Below are positions 8,701-18,787 of a stretch of DNA of 32,174 bases, in pieces. This stretch comes from a virus (lineage: Duplodnaviria; Caudoviricetes). Position numbers and translations under genes: made by a program. Position 1 is the first letter of the stretch; every line of letters begins with the position of its first letter. Where the stretch lies: IMG/VR virus record IMGVR_UViG_3300044820_000015, positions 1 through 32,174 of that record; one strand, given 5' to 3'. The notes beneath the pieces are model-generated. The model searched no databases, was not told the DNA's origin, and saw only the letters and a list, made by a program, of their open reading frames with translations.

Positions 8701-10473
8701 ATGGGCGTCCTTGAAAGCCGCCTCGTCATTGCGGCAGTTGACGAAACCGGCGCCGCGTTCTCCGCCATTGAAGCGCGGATCAAGGCGTTGCAGGCGCAGC
8801 TTGCGACCATCAATCCCTCAATCGGCAGCGTCAGCCGCGCAGCGGAGACCATCACGCCGGCCGCGCGTACCGTTGCGCCCGTCGTCGCTGCCGCCAAGCC
8901 GGCCGCGGCCCCGCGTGAAGAAAGCAAGCCAGTCGGCGCGAGCGCGATTGAAACGCTGCTCGGCGCGGCGGCGGTCATCTCCGGCATCGACGCCGTGAAG
9001 GGCGGCTACGAGGAAGCTGCTGGCCAACAGCACGAGAAGACGCGCCAGAAGCTAGCCGGCATGACGGCGGATCAAATCGCAGAGGGCGAAAAGCTTTCGG
9101 CCGAACTCGCCAAGAAATATCCGTCCGTCGCGCAATCCGACATGATGCACTTGCTGCGCACCGGAACGACCGTCACCGGCGATTTCGACGAAGCCAAGGG
9201 CCTTATGGAACCGCTGGCGCGTTTGCGCGTCATTGCGCAGGCCGCGCGCCCGCACGCATCGGCGGAAGAAACGACCGAGGAAATGGACAAGCTGACGAAG
9301 GCGATGGAGATCGCCGGCGTCACGACGAAGCCCGACCTGTTCCGAGAATACATCGGCTCAATTTCCAAGTCGCTCAACGCCTTTGGCGATCAGATGCGAC
9401 CAAGCGATTATTTCGAGATGCTGAAATATTCCCGGCAAGCGGGATCTCGGCTGTCGGAACGGTTTCTCACCACGACGATGGCGACGCTCGGCTCCGAAAT
9501 CGGCGGCGCGTCCATCGGCACGGCGGTTGCGTCGTTCAACCGCGCGATGGTCGGCGGCCATATGGAGCATCAGGCCGCCGCCGAGATGGCGCGGCTCGGG
9601 CTGTTCAAGGAAAGCGACCTCATCCGGCTCAAGACGGGGGAGATCAAGGGCATCAAGCGCGGCGCGCACGTCGAGGGATGGCAGCAAGCGCAGAGCGACC
9701 CTGACCTCTGGATACAGCAACATCTTCTGCCGGCGCTGGCGAGGGATGGCGTCACGAAGCCTGACGAGATCGCGTCCAAGGTCAGCTATCTCTTTCCAAA
9801 CCGCACCGCAGGCCAGTTCGTCAGCGAAGTGACGACGCAAAGCGGCAAAATGCAAAAGAACGCCGAGCTTTGGCGCAAGGCGATGGCGGATGAAGCCGCC
9901 GATGTGCTGGCGAAAACCGACATCAACGCGGCCACGGCCGGGCTCGGCGCGCGGATCAAGAATTTCGTGGGAAGCCAGATCCCGGTAGACGCCCTGGCGA
10001 CCGGCGCGCGCGGCCTCGGCAGCGCGTTCAGCTTCCTCACGGTTTCAAACGCCGACAAGCCGAAACTATCGGACGTTCCGGCTGATCTGAAATCAGACCT
10101 TCATGGGTTGTCGGACTTCTTCAAGTCCATCCATATCGGCGCACCGACCTATGAGAAGTGGGGCGCCCCCGCCGAACGCGCCCGCGCTGCCGCCGCATCT
10201 GAAGACGCCAACGAGCGATCCCGGATGCTCGCGTTCGCGCATCCTGGCGCCAGCGGGGCCGCTGCCGCGTCGCCGCAGGACGTCAACGTTCATGGCGAGG
10301 CCGAAGTGAAGCAGACGCTGACGGTGACAGTCAACGCCAGCCCCGAACTGCTCGCGAAGATCGACAGCGCCGTGAAGTCTGCGACTACACAAGTCCCGCT
10401 CAACCCGGTTCAAGGCGGCCACACCGGCCGAATGGACAGCGACGCCGCGCCGACGCCGCACAGGGCGCACTAA
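8701..10473 (+). CDS. Tail tape measure protein
   Basis: 590 aa, Ala-rich and helical; N-terminal RLVIAAVDETGAAF; follows the chaperone. Confidence 0.88.
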   Translation: MGVLESRLVIAAVDETGAAFSAIEARIKALQAQLATINPSIGSVSRAAETITPAARTVAPVVAAAKPAAAPREESKPVGASAIETLLGAAAVISGIDAVKGGYEEAAGQQHEKTRQKLAGMTADQIAEGEKLSAELAKKYPSVAQSDMMHLLRTGTTVTGDFDEAKGLMEPLARLRVIAQAARPHASAEETTEEMDKLTKAMEIAGVTTKPDLFREYIGSISKSLNAFGDQMRPSDYFEMLKYSRQAGSRLSERFLTTTMATLGSEIGGASIGTAVASFNRAMVGGHMEHQAAAEMARLGLFKESDLIRLKTGEIKGIKRGAHVEGWQQAQSDPDLWIQQHLLPALARDGVTKPDEIASKVSYLFPNRTAGQFVSEVTTQSGKMQKNAELWRKAMADEAADVLAKTDINAATAGLGARIKNFVGSQIPVDALATGARGLGSAFSFLTVSNADKPKLSDVPADLKSDLHGLSDFFKSIHIGAPTYEKWGAPAERARAAAASEDANERSRMLAFAHPGASGAAAASPQDVNVHGEAEVKQTLTVTVNASPELLAKIDSAVKSATTQVPLNPVQGGHTGRMDSDAAPTPHRAH

Positions 10474-10959
10474 ATGCGCGATTGGACGAAAACCCTCTAC
10501 CCCGCTTCCTGGCGGGGGCTCCCATTTTGGGTTGAGCATGACGCGACCGAAACCGGGCGCCGGCTCAACATCACCGACATTCCCGGCGCGGATGATCCGT
10601 TTATCGAGGACCTTGGCGCGAAGCATCGCCCCATCGAAATCGACGGCTATTACATCAGCGATTTCTCCGACGCCGAGATGATCGCGTTTGAGAACGCCAT
10701 CAACACGAAAGGCGCGGGCACGCTCGTCATGCCGGCGCAAGGCCCGCTGACGGCGCGCGGCGATCACTGCAAGCGCAGCCGCTTTCGCGATAAAATGGGC
10801 CGCATTGGGTTCACGGCGCGGTTCATCTTGGACCCGCGTTCCGGATTCGCTAATCCAACCGCTAGTTACCCCGCTGACTATCTCGCGCAACGCGCCTTTG
10901 ACGCGAACGATGGGCTCGCCGCGGCGCTCGGCGGGCTGCTGGGCGGGCTCCGGGTATGA
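10474..10959 (+). CDS. DNA circularization protein, N-terminal part (Mu gpN-like)
   Basis: MRDWTKTLYPASWRGLPFWVE..GRRL..IEDLG..GAGTLVMP motif; directly after the tape measure. Confidence 0.9.
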   Translation: MRDWTKTLYPASWRGLPFWVEHDATETGRRLNITDIPGADDPFIEDLGAKHRPIEIDGYYISDFSDAEMIAFENAINTKGAGTLVMPAQGPLTARGDHCKRSRFRDKMGRIGFTARFILDPRSGFANPTASYPADYLAQRAFDANDGLAAALGGLLGGLRV

Positions 10960-11774
10960 CAATGCGGTATCCGTCCTACATCGGCGCTAACCTCATCAGC
11001 GAGGCGCAAAACGCCGTCGCGGCGCTGGAAACGATCTACAACGCGCACACCGTTGACCCGGACAAAGCCGCCGCGGTCACGGTCCAAGTCGCCATAGCGC
11101 CCGCGGTTTCGTCCACAACCCCGGCTGTGACATCGGAAGTGACCGGGCTTTATGCCGGCTTCGTCGGGCTCTACAACGCCATCCCGCTGCTGGTTTCCGA
11201 TGTCACCGGCGTTGACCCGTCGATTGGCTCCGGGCTCCTTTCCCTCGCGCGCGGGTTGGGCTCGGCAATGGACCCGGCCGATGCTGTGGCGGCTTTCGCC
11301 CTCGCGGCGGATACGGCGGCAAACCCGCCAACGCCTCTCCCGGCTTGGACGGCAAACCGCGTTATCGACAACGCCAACGCGGCCGTTCTCTCCCGCCTGA
11401 CGCGCGCCGTGTTCCTGGCGCCCTACGTCGAGGGGCTTGTTGCGCAGACCTATCGCACGCGCGCCGACGCGATTACCGCCAAGGCCGATTGCGTCGGGCG
11501 GTTCGACCGCGAGCTTGAGCTTTGCGGGTTGAGCGACGACATTGATTTTGCCGCCTCGCTTGTCGCCATGCGCGACGCGGCGGTTGATTTCTTGGCTCAG
11601 GTCATCATCAATTCCCGGCCGGTTCTGATGGTCTCGACGCCGGTCTACATTCCGGCGCTGCTCGCGGCATGGCGCATCTATGCCGACCCGCTACGCGCTG
11701 ACGAACTGATCGCGCGCAATGACGTGAAAACCGCCGAGTTCATGCCGACGACATTCGAGGCGCAGGCGGCGTGA
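10956..11774 (+). CDS. DNA circularization protein, C-terminal part (LysM-like end)
   Basis: ATGA-coupled; C-terminal PALLAAWRIYADPLRADELIARNDV...FMP typical of Mu gpN C-termini. Confidence 0.8.
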   Translation: MTMRYPSYIGANLISEAQNAVAALETIYNAHTVDPDKAAAVTVQVAIAPAVSSTTPAVTSEVTGLYAGFVGLYNAIPLLVSDVTGVDPSIGSGLLSLARGLGSAMDPADAVAAFALAADTAANPPTPLPAWTANRVIDNANAAVLSRLTRAVFLAPYVEGLVAQTYRTRADAITAKADCVGRFDRELELCGLSDDIDFAASLVAMRDAAVDFLAQVIINSRPVLMVSTPVYIPALLAAWRIYADPLRADELIARNDVKTAEFMPTTFEAQAA

Positions 11775-12859
11775 CCACGGAAGTCATTACGATCAACGTC
11801 AACGGGGCTCCGTTCACGGTCTGGGAAGCGGTTACGGTTCATGCGGGTGTCAAGGACGCGGCGCGCTCGCTGCAACTGACTTTCCCCGATACGCCCGGGG
11901 CGCCGATTTGGCCCGGCATCTTCAAGGGCGGCCCGCTCGTGACCGTCACGACAAGCCCCGGGTCCGATGCGCCGGGCGGCAGCGGTGGGTTGCTGTTCAC
12001 CGGCTACGTCGACCATTGCTCGCCTTCGTTCAAGTCCAACGAAGTGCGCGTAACTGTTACGGCGAGGGCGAAGGGGCAGGACGCGGTAGACAGTTCGGTT
12101 GACCATACGAAGCCCGACTACGTGAAGAAAAACGTTCACGACGTTGCTGTTGACCAAGACGCTTTTGGTATCGGCTTCAAGATCGACTTTCAGCCTGACG
12201 GCTTCGACCGCTGGCGCCCAAACGTCGGGCATACGCTTTTCGCCTGTCTCGCGCCGCTATGCGAGGATGAAAATGCCACCATGTTTGGTCAAGCCGATGG
12301 CTCGATCAAGATCACGCGGGCCGGCGAGACGGCCAAGATGCAGGGCGGCCCATTGGTCGAGGGGTTGAACTGGCATATTGCCGGCAACGCCGAGTTCACG
12401 CTGTCCAATCAACACAGCAAGATCAAGGCGCACGGCCAAAATTACAAGGGTAACGGCGCATCGGCCATCGCCATTCTAGGCGAGGCGGAGAATGAAAACA
12501 TCAAACGCTATCGCCCGTTGCATGAGCATCACGACCGCAACACCGACAAGAAGAAGCTGACAAAACGTGCGCAGCGGCGACGCGACAAGGAACAGGGCGA
12601 AGGCATCCGCGCCACGGCGCATGTCAAGACGTTCCGCGACGATAGCGGGATGCTCTACGAGCCCGGCAACAAGGTGTTTGCCTATTCACCGACGTTGGAC
12701 CTTAAACAAGTGATGCTGATTGAAAGCGTCATCTATTATCAGGACGGCGAGCCGTCGAGCGGGACGAAATGCACGCTTGAGCTAGTTGACCCTCGCGCGC
12801 ACGGCGGCAAGGGCGGAGGCGTAGACAATTCCGGCTCGGAATGGAGTTTTGGACAGTGA
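11771..12859 (+). CDS. Baseplate hub protein (Mu gpP/gp44-like)
   Basis: 362 aa; LLFTGYVD, QDAVDSS, LVEGLN, RYRPL, G.LYEPG; GTGA overlap. Confidence 0.88.
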   Translation: MTTEVITINVNGAPFTVWEAVTVHAGVKDAARSLQLTFPDTPGAPIWPGIFKGGPLVTVTTSPGSDAPGGSGGLLFTGYVDHCSPSFKSNEVRVTVTARAKGQDAVDSSVDHTKPDYVKKNVHDVAVDQDAFGIGFKIDFQPDGFDRWRPNVGHTLFACLAPLCEDENATMFGQADGSIKITRAGETAKMQGGPLVEGLNWHIAGNAEFTLSNQHSKIKAHGQNYKGNGASAIAILGEAENENIKRYRPLHEHHDRNTDKKKLTKRAQRRRDKEQGEGIRATAHVKTFRDDSGMLYEPGNKVFAYSPTLDLKQVMLIESVIYYQDGEPSSGTKCTLELVDPRAHGGKGGGVDNSGSEWSFGQ

Positions 12860-13368
12860 GTTCTAGCCATCGCAATTCCGGGCCGGGTCATCACTCGCGC
12901 GCTATTCTCACGAAGGTTGACGACAGCGGGCCGCAGCAGCTGGTCGAAGTCACCGGACTGAACGGGCAGACTGTTGGCGAGGCGGTGCGGTCGCAACATG
13001 GCGGCCTGTCCACGGTCCCGCCAAAGGATTCCGAAGGCACGATGCTGATGCTTGGCGGCGGCGCTGATCGCGTTCATGCGCTCGGCATCGAGCATCCCCC
13101 GTCGCGCCCGCGCAATCGGCCGGTAGGCAGCGCCATGCTCTACCAGACGAACAACAATAAGAACCACGTCGAGGTCGAGCCGGCTCAGGTCGAGGTCACC
13201 CACGACAAGCAGATCGTGTTCAAGATCGGCGATACCGTTGTGGCCGTCGTCGACAAGGACGGATGGCACTTCAAGAATGTCCCCGTCGATCACGAGGGCA
13301 AGCGCATAGATAGTACACACAAACACGTTGACGCAGGCGGCTCCGGCCTTTCGGGCGTTCCCGAATGA
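12856..13368 (+). CDS. Baseplate spike protein (Mu gp45-like)
   Basis: GTG at 12856 overlaps the hub stop; VDDSGPQQLVEV..QHGGLSTVPP; C-terminal THKH metal-binding HxH tip. Confidence 0.88.
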   Translation: MSSSHRNSGPGHHSRAILTKVDDSGPQQLVEVTGLNGQTVGEAVRSQHGGLSTVPPKDSEGTMLMLGGGADRVHALGIEHPPSRPRNRPVGSAMLYQTNNNKNHVEVEPAQVEVTHDKQIVFKIGDTVVAVVDKDGWHFKNVPVDHEGKRIDSTHKHVDAGGSGLSGVPE

Positions 13369-13985
13369 GTTCTCTCAGCTTCCAAATCCGGGCGAGCGAG
13401 GGATGCAAAGAGCAACCCATCCTCGTTTGGGATACGGTATGGGACGAACTGACCGGCTACGGCGACTGGGCTTATGCGCCGGCTTCGGAAGCCTATAACA
13501 ATGGCGGCCTGCAAGCGGAAGCCGCGTTGCAATCCGCCGTGATCCTCTGCTTATTCACTGATCGCCGATGCCCCGAAGGCCATCCCCTCTCCTATTTGGT
13601 CGAAAACGACGATCCGCGCGGATGGTGGGGAGACGCGGTTGACGTGCGCGCCGACATGGGCGAGGCCCCGATGGGCTCTCTGCTTTGGCTTCTCGCGCGC
13701 GCACAGGCGACGCCCGACATTGCGCTATGGGCGCAGACCTTCGCGCTTGAGGCTTTGGCGCCGCTGATCGGTCAACAGGCCGTCGCCCGCGTGGATGCGC
13801 AGGCGGTGCTTGTCGCGCCGAGCCGCATCAATCTGTTCGTTCAACTCTACGGCCGCGACGGGCAAAGCGTCTATGCGCGGCGATTCGACGATCTCTGGCG
13901 CGAGGCGATCTCCGGTCCATTCTGGACGGGCGGCGACGGCGGCCCCGGCTTCTCGGACGGATTTATCTCAAATGGGTTTGGCTGA
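13365..13985 (+). CDS. Baseplate protein (Mu gp46-like) with a C-terminal Gly/Phe-rich extension
   Basis: LQSAVILCLFTDRR, DPRGWWGD, GSLLWLL, EALAPL. Confidence 0.9.
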   Translation: MSSLSFQIRASEGCKEQPILVWDTVWDELTGYGDWAYAPASEAYNNGGLQAEAALQSAVILCLFTDRRCPEGHPLSYLVENDDPRGWWGDAVDVRADMGEAPMGSLLWLLARAQATPDIALWAQTFALEALAPLIGQQAVARVDAQAVLVAPSRINLFVQLYGRDGQSVYARRFDDLWREAISGPFWTGGDGGPGFSDGFISNGFG

Positions 13986-15595
13986 TGCGGTCTAGTCCTT
14001 TCAAATGCGGCGCATCGGTGCTGGCGCTTGTGCTTGCGTCGCCCGCCATTGCCACAACTTACACCCGCTCCCAGCTTGATACCTGGGCGAACTCCGCCGT
14101 CTTTGCGAACCACATCGGCGCCGTTCAGCCGGAAACGCTCAACCCGCTGCTGCGCGGCATTATCGACAACACGTGCGGGCTTGTCAGCGCGGCCGATTGC
14201 GTTCTCCCGTCCGGCGTCGTCACAACGAACCTCGGCTTTACGCCGCTCCGACCGTCGAACAATCTCAGCGACATCGGTTCCGCTTCGACGGCGCGCACCA
14301 ATCTTGGCCTCGGCGCGCTCGCCATCCTATCGACACTCAATCTACCGACCTATGCAACCGGGACGCTCGGCGCGGCGAACGGCGGCACCGGCCTTACGGC
14401 GTTCACCCGCTCAGGAAACACAACGTCCTTCGCGACGACAAACGGAACGCTGACAAGCGGGCATTGTGCGAAGTTCGACGCAAGCGGCAACATTATCGAC
14501 TCCGGCGCGGCTTGTGCGTCGAACTTCAATATCGACTATTCCGGGTCGCATGGTGTCGCTTGCGACGGAACGACCGATGACGCATCCGCGCTGAATACGT
14601 GGTTTGCGTCGATCCCATCGAACACGAAGATCGCCTTCCCCGCTGGGGCGACGTGCGTGTTCAAATCGCAATTGGTTTTCCCCGTAGGGAACAATATCAT
14701 CTGGCAGTTCAATGGCGCGCATCTTCTCTACGCGGGCGCGACGACTGCGATCACGACCATAACAGCCGGGACAGCAAACGTAGCGGGCGGTTGCTCGCTC
14801 AAAGGCTGGCAGATTTACGATGTGACCGTGCAATCCTCGACGGTCCTGACCGCTGGCGATGCGGTTTTGCTCAACGAGATGTGCGACAGTGGGTTGCACA
14901 ACGTCAAGATCGACGGCAACCAGCTAGGCAACGGGAAGCTTTGGGGCGGCCTGCATTTCAACGGATGCAATACGGTTCGCATCGATGGAGAAAGCGAGTT
15001 CCGCGGCCAATCTTATGGCATCGCGATCAACGGAGATGCGACGTACCAATGCACGGACCCCTTCATCGCCGGGGGTGTGGTGCTCGGCTCCAAGATCGGC
15101 ATCCACATTTGCGGGTCGGTTGGCGGGTTTGTCGGGACGGCGACGGACGTTCTGGAAAATGGCGACAACGTTGTAATTGACCAACTTTGCGTTTCGCGTC
15201 CGAACTTGCAGATCTTCTTCGGCAGTGGTTTCTTTGCCGACGTGACGAACGGAACGGGCCTGTCTCACGATCTCAACGTTCTCGACGCCGGAAGCGCGAA
15301 CAGCTTCCTTTCTTTGACGGGCGCATGGTTCGCATCTTCGACCTCCGACAATATCAGGCTCGCGGTTGCGGCTCAGCAATGGAACCTCAACATGACGGGC
15401 GGCGCGGTTGGCAACACGACGGGTTCCGGCATTTATCAGAACAGCGTCAACGTCAATACGAACGTCGTCGGGACGCAAGTGTTTAGCGCCGTAGTCGGCC
15501 TCTACAATCAGGCCGGGACGCTCAACAAATGCGGCATCATGAACTTTCCCGCGAACACGGCCAACACGACAGGGACGGTCGGATCGTCATGCTGA
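13985..15595 (+). CDS. Tailspike-like beta-helix protein (pectate-lyase-like) with N-terminal signal peptide
   Basis: MRSSPFKCGASVLALVLASPAIA|T; fibre motifs NNLSD..ARTNLGL and GTL..ANGGTG; GVACDGTTDDASAL beta-helix cap followed by Gly/Asn/Thr-rich repeats. Confidence 0.75.
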   Translation: MRSSPFKCGASVLALVLASPAIATTYTRSQLDTWANSAVFANHIGAVQPETLNPLLRGIIDNTCGLVSAADCVLPSGVVTTNLGFTPLRPSNNLSDIGSASTARTNLGLGALAILSTLNLPTYATGTLGAANGGTGLTAFTRSGNTTSFATTNGTLTSGHCAKFDASGNIIDSGAACASNFNIDYSGSHGVACDGTTDDASALNTWFASIPSNTKIAFPAGATCVFKSQLVFPVGNNIIWQFNGAHLLYAGATTAITTITAGTANVAGGCSLKGWQIYDVTVQSSTVLTAGDAVLLNEMCDSGLHNVKIDGNQLGNGKLWGGLHFNGCNTVRIDGESEFRGQSYGIAINGDATYQCTDPFIAGGVVLGSKIGIHICGSVGGFVGTATDVLENGDNVVIDQLCVSRPNLQIFFGSGFFADVTNGTGLSHDLNVLDAGSANSFLSLTGAWFASSTSDNIRLAVAAQQWNLNMTGGAVGNTTGSGIYQNSVNVNTNVVGTQVFSAVVGLYNQAGTLNKCGIMNFPANTANTTGTVGSSC

Positions 15596-15834
15596 AGCTT
15601 TCCTTGGCCTTGTCCATTGCGCTTGCGGGGGCGGTCCCGGCTTTCGCCGATCCGTCGTGGTTCATGGTTCGCACGCTCGACGGCCACACCGGCGTCATGG
15701 GGACGTATCCAAGCGAGGATGCGTGTCGCACCGCGCTTGACGCTTTGAAATCGGCCTATGCGGCGGGGAGCGGCGCGCGCGTCGCCGGCAAGCCGTTCGG
15801 CGAACGCTCATGCGCGAATGAGTGGCCGAACTGA
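15589..15834 (+). CDS. Small secreted protein (81 aa)
   Basis: ATG at 15589 overlaps the upstream gene end; MLKLSLALSIALAGAVPAFA|D; two Cys (SEDAC, ERSC). Confidence 0.7.
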   Translation: MLKLSLALSIALAGAVPAFADPSWFMVRTLDGHTGVMGTYPSEDACRTALDALKSAYAAGSGARVAGKPFGERSCANEWPN

Positions 15835-16979
15835 TGGGCCTGAATATCTTCAATCTGCCAGGGCTCGAAAGCCTCGTAGGTTCCGCGCGCGCGGCGATGA
15901 AAGCCGCGCTGCCGGGGACGAACGCCTACATCTGGCCGAACAACACCTATCCGACTGCAAAATCTTTCGGCGGCATGATCTGGAGCGCCTATCAGCGGCT
16001 CGATTACGTCGGGCGGCAGACCTTTGCGCTGTTCGCGGAAAATCAATATCTAGACAACCACGGCGCTGAACTGGGGCTCCCTCGCAAGCTTGCGACCGCG
16101 GCGAGCGGCAACGTCATTGTAACGGTGACGGATGTGGCCTCGGTCTCGGTCGGCGCTGTGTTCGTCCGCGGCGACGGGGCGATCTTCGCGGCGACGGCTT
16201 CGAGTTCGTCAACGGGCGCGGGAGCCATCACCATCCCCGTTTCAGGCCCGTCAGGGGCTTACGCCAACACCGGGGCGGGAACGCCTATGGACATCGCATC
16301 TGGCGTCTCAGGGGCGGGCGCAGCGGGCGCAACGGCGGCTGTGGACGGGGCGGGGCTTGCCGGGGCGGCCGATGTCGAGCCTGATGGTCTGCCGCGCTCG
16401 CGCGACCTCGCAACCTATCGCGGGCGCATCTTGTTCCGCAAGGCCAACCCGGCGCAAGGCGGGGCGCCATCCGACTATGTGACTTGGGCGCTCGGCGTGG
16501 CCGGGGTGACGCGCGTGTTCGTGGAACGGCGCTGGAATGGGCCGGGAACCGTGCGCGTGTTTCCGATCTTCGATGACCTCTTCGCCGACGCTGGCGGCAT
16601 TGCGGACGCGGGACATATCGCGACGGTCAACGCCGCGCTCCAGCTTCTCACGCCGGCCGGCTGCGATCTGACCGTTGTGGCGCCGACTGCGCAAGTGATC
16701 GACGTGTTCATCTCCGGTCTCAACCCGAACTCGGATGCGGTCAAGGCGTCCATCGCCGCCGAGCTTGCCGACGCCTTCCGCCGTCTTGGCGCGGTGAGCG
16801 GGTCCGATACGCCGTTCCCCGGCATGGATTATCTGGCTACGCCGCAGACCTTCCCGGCGCTCTACATCGAACAGGCCGTTGCAAATGCGGCTGGGATCGT
16901 TTCCGCCGACGTAACCGCGTCCGATGTCACCATCCCGGCCGGGTTCCTGCCCGTGCTCGGCACGATCCATTATAGCTAA
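15834..16979 (+). CDS. Baseplate J / Mu gp47-like wedge protein
   Basis: TGATG-coupled start at 15834 (ORF track start 15822); YLDNHG, YRGRIL..PAQGGAPSDYVTWAL.V.GVTRVFV, GPGTVRV. Confidence 0.93.
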   Translation: MGLNIFNLPGLESLVGSARAAMKAALPGTNAYIWPNNTYPTAKSFGGMIWSAYQRLDYVGRQTFALFAENQYLDNHGAELGLPRKLATAASGNVIVTVTDVASVSVGAVFVRGDGAIFAATASSSSTGAGAITIPVSGPSGAYANTGAGTPMDIASGVSGAGAAGATAAVDGAGLAGAADVEPDGLPRSRDLATYRGRILFRKANPAQGGAPSDYVTWALGVAGVTRVFVERRWNGPGTVRVFPIFDDLFADAGGIADAGHIATVNAALQLLTPAGCDLTVVAPTAQVIDVFISGLNPNSDAVKASIAAELADAFRRLGAVSGSDTPFPGMDYLATPQTFPALYIEQAVANAAGIVSADVTASDVTIPAGFLPVLGTIHYS

Positions 16980-16985
16980 TCGCGC

Positions 16986-17585
16986 ATGTCCTGCGGACCC
17001 TCGCTCGCTCCCGACATCTGCCCGACTGTCGACGACCTCATCCCTCAATACCTCATGCTCTTGCCGCGCGGCAGGGCGTGGGGCGAGGGCGGCGCGGGGC
17101 GGCTTCCTGGCGGCATCATCTACGGGATGATCTGGTTTTGCGCGATTCTGATGGCGGCTTATCACGCCGCGATCTGCGCATTGCTTCCCGAGTTTTGGTG
17201 TTTCTCGGCGGTCACCACGGCGGCCTATTGGCTTGAGGAATACGGGCTCCCCGACGAGTGCGACCCGTTTCCCGATCCGTGCTCCAAAATCATCGCCTCG
17301 GGCGGCCCGACTTGCGACAACCTCGTTGCGTTGGCGGCTCTGACCGGCACCACGATCACATGCGGCGACGGGCCGGAACCGTCGAGCATCCTCATCACGA
17401 TCCATTACCCGCCCGATTATGTCCCGCCTCCCGACAATGGCAAGGCGCACGGTCAGCGCCTCGCCGGCTGCTATCTCGCGGGTCAGGAAATCGACTGCGT
17501 GACAAGCTCCGGCTTCGTCGACTGCTTGTTGCAGCGCGTCGTGCACGCGCACGTTCGCATCTTCTACGCCTTCGCGACTTCGTAG
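16986..17585 (+). CDS. Baseplate protein, Mu gp48/YmfQ-like
   Basis: LLPRGRAW, W.EEYGLPDEC, C-terminal CLLQRVVHAH; follows baseplate J; 12 Cys. Confidence 0.85.
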   Translation: MSCGPSLAPDICPTVDDLIPQYLMLLPRGRAWGEGGAGRLPGGIIYGMIWFCAILMAAYHAAICALLPEFWCFSAVTTAAYWLEEYGLPDECDPFPDPCSKIIASGGPTCDNLVALAALTGTTITCGDGPEPSSILITIHYPPDYVPPPDNGKAHGQRLAGCYLAGQEIDCVTSSGFVDCLLQRVVHAHVRIFYAFATS

Positions 17586-17596
17586 GGTCCTCATAA

Positions 17597-18784
17597 ATGG
17601 TTGATCTGCTCGGCCCCGGCGCCTCCGGGGCAACGCCAGTTCTTACGACGACGACGGACGTAACCGCTCCAACAGCCGGCGATACGTGGTTCAACGATTG
17701 CCCTGCCGGCGTCGCCGACGCGAGCGCCACGCCGATCTTGTCCAAATGGCTCAATTGGATGCTCCAGCAAGAGCGCCAGGCTATCCGCTTTTCCGGCATC
17801 CCGGCTGCGAACAGCTACGACAACATGATGTCGTGGGCGATGCAGTCCGGCTATGTGAACTGGGCTAGCGCCGGGGTCGGAGGCGGCGGTGCTGGTTTTT
17901 TCAGCGGGACGGCCAATGCGCTGACGGCGAGCGCGCCGAACGCGCCTATCGCGGTTGAGGGCAACACGGTCGTTGGCGGCATCGTCAACACGGCGACGAA
18001 CACCGGCGCGATGACATTCAACTGGGCTGGCATCACGCCCGGCGCGGCGCTTGTGCGCAATGACGGCACGGCCTGCACAGGCGGCGAGGTTCTGCACAAC
18101 TCCTACTTGGTGGTGCGTTGGGACGGCGGCGAATGGCGCATCTGCTCGCCGACGCCCATTTCGTTCATCCTGCCGCAGCTCAGCCAAATCGACATTCAGA
18201 CCTTCGACGCTTCCGGCACTTGGAACCGAGCGGCGGGCTTCCCGGATAGCGCGCGCGTGCGGATACAGGCGTGGGGCGCGGGCGCGGGCGGCGAATACGC
18301 CGACGTTGCCGGCGGCGGCGCCTATGTCGAATATTGGTGCTATCTCAACGAACTCCCGTCGTCGGTTTCTGTGACCGTTGGCGCGGGCGGAACGGGCAGC
18401 ATCTACCCGAGCAGTCATGGCCTCGACGGCGGCGCCTCAACGTTCAACGCGCTGAACGGCGCCGTTTCGGCCCCAGGCGGCAAAGCCAATACGAGCGCCG
18501 GTCTCGGAATTTCCAGCCTGCTGTTTCCGGCCGGCGTTGGCGGAGCGGCGTCGCCGAGCATCCCCACGGCAAATTCGAGCGTCATCTTCGGCGGCGGCTC
18601 TGGCGCGGACGCGAACCATTCGATCCCGGCCGGAACGTCACTATTCGGCGGGTCGGGCGGATCATCGGTCGGCGCGAACGGCAATGTCCCCGGAGGCGGC
18701 GGCGCGGCAGGAGGCAATGGAACGGGCAACGTTTCCGGCGCCGGCGGCCACGGGCGCGTCGTCGTCACGACATTGGCGGGGTGA
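17597..18784 (+). CDS. Tail fibre protein with glycine-rich C-terminal domain
   Basis: Position after gp48; AT.ILSKWLNW..QE anchor; GTANALT..NTGAMTFN; QTFDASGTW..VRIQAWGAGAGG..PGGGG..GAGGHGRVVV. Confidence 0.85.
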   Translation: MVDLLGPGASGATPVLTTTTDVTAPTAGDTWFNDCPAGVADASATPILSKWLNWMLQQERQAIRFSGIPAANSYDNMMSWAMQSGYVNWASAGVGGGGAGFFSGTANALTASAPNAPIAVEGNTVVGGIVNTATNTGAMTFNWAGITPGAALVRNDGTACTGGEVLHNSYLVVRWDGGEWRICSPTPISFILPQLSQIDIQTFDASGTWNRAAGFPDSARVRIQAWGAGAGGEYADVAGGGAYVEYWCYLNELPSSVSVTVGAGGTGSIYPSSHGLDGGASTFNALNGAVSAPGGKANTSAGLGISSLLFPAGVGGAASPSIPTANSSVIFGGGSGADANHSIPAGTSLFGGSGGSSVGANGNVPGGGGAAGGNGTGNVSGAGGHGRVVVTTLAG

Positions 18785-18787
18785 ACC

